Of a stretch of 38,241 bases of DNA, positions 1 through 6,444 are shown piece by piece. Each line of letters opens with the position of its first letter. Positions within the stretch are counted from its first letter, which is position 1. Below the pieces are notes generated by a model. It saw only the letters and a list, made by a program, of their open reading frames with translations. It was not told the DNA's origin and ran no database searches. The stretch comes from a virus. Its lineage: Duplodnaviria > Caudoviricetes. A program made the translations under genes and the position numbers. The stretch spans positions 1 through 38,241 of the IMG/VR virus record IMGVR_UViG_3300017914_001399. One strand, 5' to 3'.

Positions 1-36
1 ACTCGTAATTTTAATCCAAAAAGAGGAAACTAAATA

Positions 37-609
37 ATGCCATTTAAAGAAGCAACAGTAGACGCAGTAGTAGTTAAGGAACTCCCAAACCCTGACCAAT
101 ATAAGAACACCCATAGACGTTCAATTAAGATTGGGGAGGATTGGTATTCATGTGGCTCTGGTAAGAGTGATAAGTTTAATGCTAAAACCTCACAAGGGGA
201 ATGGCATACACTGTCTAAAGGGGATAAGGTAGAGTTTAAGTTTAATCTCAATGGTGACTACAAGAATGTTGATATGAAGACATTTAGTGTAGTGGCTGTT
301 AATCCTTCACCACAGCAACAGAGCAGTAAGCCTAGAGCGTCAAGTGCCCCTGCTAATAAAGACTTTGTTAACCCAGCAGAAGTAGGTCAATGTCTCAACT
401 TAGCAGCAGATGTATTAGGATTGAAAGAGAAAGACCTAACTAACCCTGAGAAAGTGAAGGAAGCTATCTCTTGGTACAAAGAAGTTAGAGAACTGTTCTC
501 AAGTTTATACCCCACTGTAGAGGCTAGTAAGAATGAAACTAAAAAGAAAGTTGCTCCAAAGAAGGAAGACCCACCGCCATTTGATGAAGACGAAGAAGAT
601 GAAATCTAA
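37..609 (+). CDS. Single-stranded DNA-binding protein (putative)
   Basis: Beta-rich N-terminal ~90 aa (OB-fold-like), Q/S/P linker, acidic tail FDEDEEDEI; near an exonuclease; SD GAGG upstream. Confidence 0.65.
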   Translation: MPFKEATVDAVVVKELPNPDQYKNTHRRSIKIGEDWYSCGSGKSDKFNAKTSQGEWHTLSKGDKVEFKFNLNGDYKNVDMKTFSVVAVNPSPQQQSSKPRASSAPANKDFVNPAEVGQCLNLAADVLGLKEKDLTNPEKVKEAISWYKEVRELFSSLYPTVEASKNETKKKVAPKKEDPPPFDEDEEDEI

Positions 610-624
610 CAGTTAACGTTCATA

Positions 625-640
625 GGTACAAGGAAGTACC
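625..640 (+). promoter_or_regulatory. Hairpin with ANGGA loop, candidate CsrA/RsmA site
   Basis: GGTAC-AAGGAA-GTACC; GUACAAGGAAGU matches the CsrA SELEX consensus RUACARGGAUGU at 11/12; just upstream of SD AAGGAG. Confidence 0.5.
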
Positions 641-657
641 ACTTTAAGGAGATAAGA

Positions 658-858
658 ATGCAATTGAATATAGACCAAGTAGAAGAAGTAGTGAAGGTGT
701 TGTTAAAAGAAAAAGACTTTGAAGCTCTAGCAGAAGTGACAGACCAATTAGAATACTTAGAAGCTAGAGTTAAAACTATCCTTTACGAAGTAGACCAGAT
801 ATTAGAAGCATTAGTAGAGCGAGACACCTATTGTGACGACGACAAATACGACTCCTAA
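658..858 (+). CDS. Hypothetical acidic helical protein (66 aa)
   Basis: ORF with strong SD AAGGAG. Confidence 0.8.
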   Translation: MQLNIDQVEEVVKVLLKEKDFEALAEVTDQLEYLEARVKTILYEVDQILEALVERDTYCDDDKYDS

Positions 859-1612
859 CTATCCAGATAGTCCTCATGTGTTGATAGATGCTGATATTCT
901 TACATATTCTATTCCATATATGTTTATGGAAGAAGCTGAAGAAGATATATGCCTACAGACTTTAGATAAGAAAATAAATGAAATAATAGAAAAAACTAAA
1001 GCTGAGACATATCAACTCTATCTCACTGGAAAGGGTAATTTCAGAAATAAGATAGCTGTTACAGCCCCTTACAAGGGACAGAGGAAGAAAGAGAAGCCCA
1101 CACACTATCAATCTTCTAGGGATTACATGGTGAAGTGTTGGGATGCCCTAGTGATAGATGGTATGGAAGCGGATGATGCTATAGCTATATATGCTACACA
1201 GAATGAAGATTGTGTTATAGCATCTTTGGATAAAGATTTATCCCAAATATCAGGCTGGCATTATAAATGGACTGTAGGGGATAGACCTGATAATATGGAA
1301 TACGTTACAGAGTTTGGCTATCTACGTCTAAATGAAAAGCGTAAGCTGGAATTTGGAGGGGATATGGGTTTATATGCTCAGATGATATTAGGGGATAAGA
1401 CTGATAACATCATAGGACTTAAAGGGAAAGGTGATGTATTTGCCTATAATACTCTTAAAGATTGTGAAGACGTAGTAGAGCTAGTAAATACCGTTCAATC
1501 TTTGTATAAGGATGAATACGGAGATACAGAATACATCGATAGATTGATTGAAAACTTCAATCTGTTATGTATGCTAAGAAGTGAAGAGGACTTAGAACAA
1601 TATGCCGAATAA
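833..1612 (+). CDS. 5'-3' exonuclease / RNase H (T7 gp6, FEN-like)
   Basis: Motifs LIDAD, YKGQR, EADD, DKDL, GDKTDNIIG. Confidence 0.92.
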   Translation: MTTTNTTPNYPDSPHVLIDADILTYSIPYMFMEEAEEDICLQTLDKKINEIIEKTKAETYQLYLTGKGNFRNKIAVTAPYKGQRKKEKPTHYQSSRDYMVKCWDALVIDGMEADDAIAIYATQNEDCVIASLDKDLSQISGWHYKWTVGDRPDNMEYVTEFGYLRLNEKRKLEFGGDMGLYAQMILGDKTDNIIGLKGKGDVFAYNTLKDCEDVVELVNTVQSLYKDEYGDTEYIDRLIENFNLLCMLRSEEDLEQYAE

Positions 1613-1970
1613 GATAAAAGCAGCAGAAGAATGTGGATGGACTGACAGCAGGTATTTCGGATTTATACGTTCTGCTTTACGTAAAGCATCTGTTAAATAC
1701 CCCTTAAAGTTTAAAACGTTACAAGCTTGTAGAAGACCTTATAGTGGGGAAGACAAAAGAACTAAATGGGAATATCAATGTAATTCTTGCAAGGGTTGGT
1801 TTAAAACCAAAGAAGTTAATGTAGACCACATTAAACCAGCAGGAACATTAAGAACATTTGATGACCTTCCAGAATTTGTCTCGACATTGTTTTGTTCTTC
1901 TGATAATTTACAAGTGTTGTGTACACAATGTCATGATATAAAAAGTAAAGAAGAGAGGAAAAAGAAATGA
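1602..1970 (+). CDS. HNH endonuclease
   Basis: CNSC...VDH...NLQVLCTQCH zinc-binding HNH pattern. Confidence 0.85.
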   Translation: MPNKIKAAEECGWTDSRYFGFIRSALRKASVKYPLKFKTLQACRRPYSGEDKRTKWEYQCNSCKGWFKTKEVNVDHIKPAGTLRTFDDLPEFVSTLFCSSDNLQVLCTQCHDIKSKEERKKK

Positions 1971-2119
1971 AGGAAAGGTTATTACGTCTAGAACGTATAC
2001 TCCTAGATGGACTTATACAGCTTGACCAGTTTGAAGTGTTGGAAGCTTCTTTCTTATTTCAAGAGGCAGCTAGAGAACTGAACAAAATCAATCAAGAATT
2101 AGAGGAAATGTTAGAATGA
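1967..2119 (+). CDS. Small hypothetical protein (50 aa, MKERLLRLERILLDGL...), not in ORF track
   Basis: ATGA overlaps at both ends; SD GAGG; fills the gap exactly. Confidence 0.75.
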   Translation: MKERLLRLERILLDGLIQLDQFEVLEASFLFQEAARELNKINQELEEMLE

Positions 2120-2898
2120 CTAAAATTCTATGTGTACCAGATACCCAAGTTAAGGAAGGTGTGCCCACCCAACACATACTTGCTGCTGGTAAATATATGT
2201 TAAAACATAAACCAGATATCGTTGTGTTCTTGGGCGACCATTGGGACTGCCCTTCTCTAAACAAGTATGCCACCAACTTAGAGTTAGAAGGTCAACGTAT
2301 TAAGCGGGACATTGAGGCTGGCAATGAAGCAATGGATTTATTTCTTCAACCCCTAACGCATTACAACGAAGCCAAAAGGCGGAATAAGAAGAAGCAGTAT
2401 AACCCTAGGCTTGTATACTTGGTTGGGAACCACGACCCACAAGTGAGGATACCCAGACTCTTAGAATCCTTCCCCATACTTGAAGGATTTATAAAAGAAG
2501 ACACTACAAAGTTCTTAGAGGCTAGAGGTTTCGAAGTTTGGCCTTTCTTGGAGATAGCTGAGATAGAGGGGATACGTTTTTCCCACTACTTTGTAAATCC
2601 CCATTCCGCTAAGAAATCTCCTTTAGGCGGAACTATAGATACTATGTTAAAGAACGCTGGCTTCAGTTTTGTTCAAGGTCATACACAAGCTTTTAAAATG
2701 GGTAAACATTACTTAACAGATGGAACCCGTAGGTTAGGGATAGTGGCAGGAAGCTTCTACCAGCACAATGAGAAATACATGGGAGTTCAAGGGAACATAT
2801 CTCATTGGAGGGGGCTAATTCTCCTCAATGATGCTAAAGAAGGTTGTGCTGATGTATGTGAAGTCAATATGGATTGGTTGGTAAATAAATATGGTTAG
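2116..2898 (+). CDS. Calcineurin-like metallophosphoesterase
   Basis: Motifs PDTQ, GDHWD, GNHD, FSH, GHTQ. Confidence 0.88.
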   Translation: MTKILCVPDTQVKEGVPTQHILAAGKYMLKHKPDIVVFLGDHWDCPSLNKYATNLELEGQRIKRDIEAGNEAMDLFLQPLTHYNEAKRRNKKKQYNPRLVYLVGNHDPQVRIPRLLESFPILEGFIKEDTTKFLEARGFEVWPFLEIAEIEGIRFSHYFVNPHSAKKSPLGGTIDTMLKNAGFSFVQGHTQAFKMGKHYLTDGTRRLGIVAGSFYQHNEKYMGVQGNISHWRGLILLNDAKEGCADVCEVNMDWLVNKYG

Positions 2899-3376
2899 TA
2901 GTGAAAGATTGAAAGAAGTTTTGGATTACTGTCCTAAAAGTGGAAATTTTACTTGGAAAGTGAACAAGGCTGCTTGTATTAAGGTAGGTCAAGTTGCAGG
3001 AGCTTTAACTAATAAAGGCTATATAAGAATAAAAATAGATGGTAAGAAATACCTAGCTCACAGGTTAGCATTTACTTATATGGGCTACCCTGTCCCTGAA
3101 CATGTTGACCATATAGACGGTAAGGGTGACAACAACAGTTGGGATAATCTTAGGGGTTGCAGCCACACACAAAACCATTACAATCAGAAACTACGCTCTG
3201 ATAACTCTACTGGAATTAAAAACGTTAGAAAATGTCCTAATGGAAAGTATTCAGTAAGAGTAACTAAGGCAGGTAATCGTTATTCCCTTGGAGGATTAGA
3301 AGACCTAGAACTGGCAGAGTTAGTCGCTAAAGAACTTAGGAGTAAGTTACATGGCGAATTTGCTAGAGATAATTAA
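2891..3376 (+). CDS. HNH homing endonuclease with C-terminal AP2-like DNA-binding domain
   Basis: YLAHRLA, VDHIDG...NNSWDNLR, then NSTGIKNV...HGEFA. Confidence 0.9.
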   Translation: MVSSERLKEVLDYCPKSGNFTWKVNKAACIKVGQVAGALTNKGYIRIKIDGKKYLAHRLAFTYMGYPVPEHVDHIDGKGDNNSWDNLRGCSHTQNHYNQKLRSDNSTGIKNVRKCPNGKYSVRVTKAGNRYSLGGLEDLELAELVAKELRSKLHGEFARDN

Positions 3377-3406
3377 CATGAAACATTTATTGGAGAAATA
3401 TTTATA

Positions 3407-3913
3407 ATGAATCCAACACAATTAAAACATAACATTATTATCCCTGTATTAGAATATCTACATCCGCAGATACCCTTCAGTAATGAAGCAGTAGATTTAC
3501 TGATGATGACTTGTTCTCACGAAAGTTTAATGGGTACTTACATTCATCAATTAAATGGTGGTGTAGCTCAAGGTATTTATCAGATGGAACCACGTACAGA
3601 GGAAGATATCTATCTCAACTATCTGAGATATAAGGATGAATTAGAGATTAAACTATTAAGGCTCACTCCTGATGAAGTTGTGTGTCCTAACTTGTACAAT
3701 CCTATTTATTCTACAGCTATGGCTAGAGTACACTATTTCAGAGTACCAGAAGCACTACCACGTAGGGTAGAATATGTTAGTCCTGATGGTGAAGACTTAG
3801 TAGATGACTACAGGAAAGCTCTAGCTTCCTACGCTAAGAGATATTACAATACAGAACTAGGGGCTGCTACGGCAGAAGATTATTACAGAGATTATTTAGC
3901 ATTAGCTTTTTAA
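3407..3913 (+). CDS. Lysozyme-fold / transglycosylase-like protein, putative endolysin
   Basis: Helix ending in HES (candidate catalytic Glu) followed by GIYQMEP (GLMQ-like); KRYYNT near the C-terminus. Confidence 0.65.
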   Translation: MNPTQLKHNIIIPVLEYLHPQIPFSNEAVDLLMMTCSHESLMGTYIHQLNGGVAQGIYQMEPRTEEDIYLNYLRYKDELEIKLLRLTPDEVVCPNLYNPIYSTAMARVHYFRVPEALPRRVEYVSPDGEDLVDDYRKALASYAKRYYNTELGAATAEDYYRDYLALAF

Positions 3914-3923
3914 GGAGACTATT

Positions 3924-4247
3924 ATGGACTTTGTAGTTTGTGACGATTCAACATATGAAAAACTATATCAACAAGAGCATTACAATCATGTAAGACTATA
4001 CGACTGGCATCACCTACTAGGATTCTTTGCTAAGAATAAATCTAGTTTGATGTCTGTATATTTTCATGTAGATGATTGGGAAATTATTGGTATTAATCCT
4101 GAGTTAGAACATGAGCTTGAAATGTTAAATGATTTAAAATTAATTAAACTAATAAAGGTGTTTGGGGATGGAGATAAAGAAACAATAGAACCTGTTGAAG
4201 TTAAGGTACATGATGAAGAACAATTAGAATTTACTATTGGAGAATAA
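3924..4247 (+). CDS. Hypothetical protein (107 aa)
   Basis: ORF with SD AAGGAG. Confidence 0.8.
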   Translation: MDFVVCDDSTYEKLYQQEHYNHVRLYDWHHLLGFFAKNKSSLMSVYFHVDDWEIIGINPELEHELEMLNDLKLIKLIKVFGDGDKETIEPVEVKVHDEEQLEFTIGE

Positions 4248-4248
4248 T

Positions 4249-4710
4249 ATGACTAAGTTTACTGTAAATGAACCAACAACCACAGAAGAATACCAATACT
4301 ACCAAGATTACATGCAAGGTTTACATGAGAAGTTCCCTGATGAAGAGCCAAGAGTAGGTCTTAGTATGTCTGAGAAAGAAGAAATCTCACATCGTATGGA
4401 TGTAGAAGTAGAAGACAGAGGTGGCTTTGAAGGATTGAGACAAGCAGTACAACGTAATAAGATTCGAGAGGCCACTAAGTTATTGGATAAGGTAGATAAT
4501 AAGAAAGATAACAAGTACGTAAAGGTTATAAAAGGTGTGGAAATCGACGTATATGACATCCTAAAAGCCTATGACCCTACCCATCCTATTGGTCATGCAA
4601 TTAAGAAACTTTTAATGTCAGGAAATCGCGGTTTTAAAGGGTATGTTGAAGACCTCTCAGAAGCTATCCAAGCTATTGAGAGAGAAATTCAAATGCAAGG
4701 GGAGGAATAG
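4249..4710 (+). CDS. Conserved phage protein with DUF3310 / T7 gp1.7-like C-terminal domain
   Basis: DVYDILKAY...GHAIKKLL...G.RG.K...EDLSEA; start moved to ATG 4249 because SD GGAG lies 6 nt upstream. Confidence 0.55.
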   Translation: MTKFTVNEPTTTEEYQYYQDYMQGLHEKFPDEEPRVGLSMSEKEEISHRMDVEVEDRGGFEGLRQAVQRNKIREATKLLDKVDNKKDNKYVKVIKGVEIDVYDILKAYDPTHPIGHAIKKLLMSGNRGFKGYVEDLSEAIQAIEREIQMQGEE

Positions 4711-4711
4711 G

Positions 4712-4849
4712 ATGAAGTATGCTATGAAGAAAACTTTTAAAAATAAATTAGAAGATTTATTTATTAATGGCTGTGTAGTAGGACTTTACCTATGTTTATT
4801 GGGATTCTTACTATTCTTTATTCATGTATTTCTGGAGTGGGCATTATGA
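4712..4849 (+). CDS. Small single-TM membrane protein (45 aa)
   Basis: ATG 4712 after GGAGG; hydrophobic run VVGLYLCLLGFLLFFIHVFL. Confidence 0.7.
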   Translation: MKYAMKKTFKNKLEDLFINGCVVGLYLCLLGFLLFFIHVFLEWAL

Positions 4850-5082
4850 CAGAAGATAAGATGTATCACTTTTCAGCAGGATATTTAATTACGTTCCTGT
4901 TTGGATTCTTCCATCTTCCTATTGCTTATGGCTTAGGAATAGCAGCAGGAGCCTTGAAGGAACTTTACGACTATAATAGTGGTAAGGGTACTCCCGATAA
5001 ATGGGACTTCGTATGGACAGCTATAGGGGCTACAGTGGCCTTCTCTATGCACTTGGCTGTATTTGTTTATCCTTATATTTAA
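4846..5082 (+). CDS. Membrane protein, VanZ/YfiM-like motif pattern (78 aa)
   Basis: ATGA overlap; DK..HF..G, KE..D and D.....G motifs with 2-3 hydrophobic helices. Confidence 0.65.
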   Translation: MTEDKMYHFSAGYLITFLFGFFHLPIAYGLGIAAGALKELYDYNSGKGTPDKWDFVWTAIGATVAFSMHLAVFVYPYI

Positions 5083-5085
5083 GGA

Positions 5086-5102
5086 AGGGGCTTTACGCCC
5101 CT
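5086..5102. terminator. GC-rich hairpin between the convergent arms, probable terminator
   Basis: AGGGGC-TTTAC-GCCCCT at the point of convergence; U-tracts are weak. Confidence 0.65.
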
Positions 5103-5217
5103 ATCTCTCTTCTATAATATAATAACTGTTAGGCTCTGCGGTAACATCCTGAACACCATTAGCATCTTCTATAAATATAACATTAGCCGCTTGTTCTCTA
5201 TATATTGTAATACTCAT
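5101..5217 (-). CDS. 38-aa ORF MSITIYREQAANVIFIEDANGVQ..., possible remnant of a longer virion protein gene
   Basis: TAATG coupling to the upstream gene; stop codon at the terminator hairpin. Confidence 0.6.
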   Translation of the reverse strand: MSITIYREQAANVIFIEDANGVQDVTAEPNSYYIIEER

Positions 5218-5771
5218 TATTTCGCCACCACTGTAATTGCTGAACCCGCATTAACTAATGTACCATTACCTGAAAGTTTCACTTGTAGGACAATAGGGTT
5301 GTCCCTTGTATTAGCATCACCCATATAAATCAGGTCAGGTTCTAAAGAGAAACGGTAGGGGATATTACTACCACTGTCCAGTCTATTAATAATCTTCTCC
5401 AATGTGTAAGAGCCTGCACCAGTACCTAGCTGATATCTAAGCTGTAGTAGGGTATTATTGGTACTAGGTGTGATTGTGAAGTCATTACGTATCAACATAG
5501 TATCCCCGAAGGTAAGCTCTGTAGGGTCAAATGCTCCTGTGCTTGTATCCATAAGCTCTGCAACACCATCTGGAGAATAATTCTTGTTAGTGAATGCTCC
5601 TAACCCATCATTAGTGATAGTAGTCCATGTATCAGCTACTAGAGTTATAGGTGTAGTAGATGTACCAGCATCATTGTAATCAATAAAGCCATTACCGCTC
5701 CCACTAGGGGGGAGGGTTCCCGCTATAGCTTTTGTGTAGTATTCATATTCTAAGTCGTTTAATTGAGACAC
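5217..5771 (-). CDS. Putative virion structural protein (beta-sandwich, fibre or decoration)
   Basis: G/T/N/S-rich beta-type sequence (GFIDYND...IYMGDANTRDNP) in the late arm; GTG start. Confidence 0.65.
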   Translation of the reverse strand: MSQLNDLEYEYYTKAIAGTLPPSGSGNGFIDYNDAGTSTTPITLVADTWTTITNDGLGAFTNKNYSPDGVAELMDTSTGAFDPTELTFGDTMLIRNDFTITPSTNNTLLQLRYQLGTGAGSYTLEKIINRLDSGSNIPYRFSLEPDLIYMGDANTRDNPIVLQVKLSGNGTLVNAGSAITVVAK

Positions 5772-5773
5772 TA

Positions 5774-5890
5774 TTAAAGTCCTATCTGTTGTTTGAAGTA
5801 TAATATCCCTAAGTCTTGTGTAGAGAGTCCTTCCCCACTAACACCTAATTTCAATATGTAAAACTCTCTTTTTAAATCAAGTAAACTCAT
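5774..5890 (-). CDS. 38-aa ORF MSLLDLKREFYILKLG..., not in ORF track
   Basis: Fills the gap between neighbours; resembles the N-terminus of the next gene. Confidence 0.6.
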   Translation of the reverse strand: MSLLDLKREFYILKLGVSGEGLSTQDLGILYFKQQIGL

Positions 5891-5905
5891 ATCCAAATAT
5901 CCACC

Positions 5906-6199
5906 CTATTTCTTTTTATTTCTAGAGCCTTTGGGACGGCCACCTTTTCCACCATTGTCGCTTCTGTTCGCGCTTCTACTTCTGACTCGCGTATTGCTCT
6001 TAGCAGTTGAGCCGCCACTACGTAACGGTTGTACATGGTCAATATCCTTGCCGTCCCCTTTAGACACTCTACCATCTTTTTCTGCCTCTCTTCTTGCTTT
6101 GTTTCTAGCTGCCCTTTTACGTTTTACTTCAGGACTAGCATCATAAGAACGTTGTTGTTTTGTTCTCTTACTTGGATTCTTTTTGGGTTTTGGAGCCAT
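5906..6199 (-). CDS. Basic HNH-like protein
   Basis: RAARNKARR...GDGKDIDH...GG.....N.R.....N pattern; SD AAGGTGA. Confidence 0.75.
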   Translation of the reverse strand: MAPKPKKNPSKRTKQQRSYDASPEVKRKRAARNKARREAEKDGRVSKGDGKDIDHVQPLRSGGSTAKSNTRVRSRSANRSDNGGKGGRPKGSRNKKK

Positions 6200-6255
6200 T
6201 TCTTCACCTTTTTAAAAATATAGTTGAAATTCTTAATTGTAAGGGTTTTCCTTTA

Positions 6256-6444
6256 CTAGATTACCTTGATTATATTTACTATATAACTAGATATTAAGAG
6301 TATATCATCATCTTCCTGTTGAATCCTGTCCTTATGATATCCTACTTCTTTATTATCATCCTCAAAATCCAATAAACCTCTAACAGCTATAACTAAAGAA
6401 TTAGAGCTTAATAGACCATCTGTAGATATTGATAATGTATTCAT
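6256..6444 (-). CDS. Hypothetical protein (62 aa)
   Basis: ATGA overlap with the 815-aa gene; EDDDILLI C-terminal motif. Confidence 0.7.
   Translation of the reverse strand: MNTLSISTDGLLSSNSLVIAVRGLLDFEDDNKEVGYHKDRIQQEDDDILLISSYIVNIIKVI

Noticed and set aside
5887-6075. Alternative-frame 62-aa minus ORF overlapping the basic HNH gene
   Set aside because: Almost entirely nested in a gene with clear family motifs and has no recognisable features of its own.
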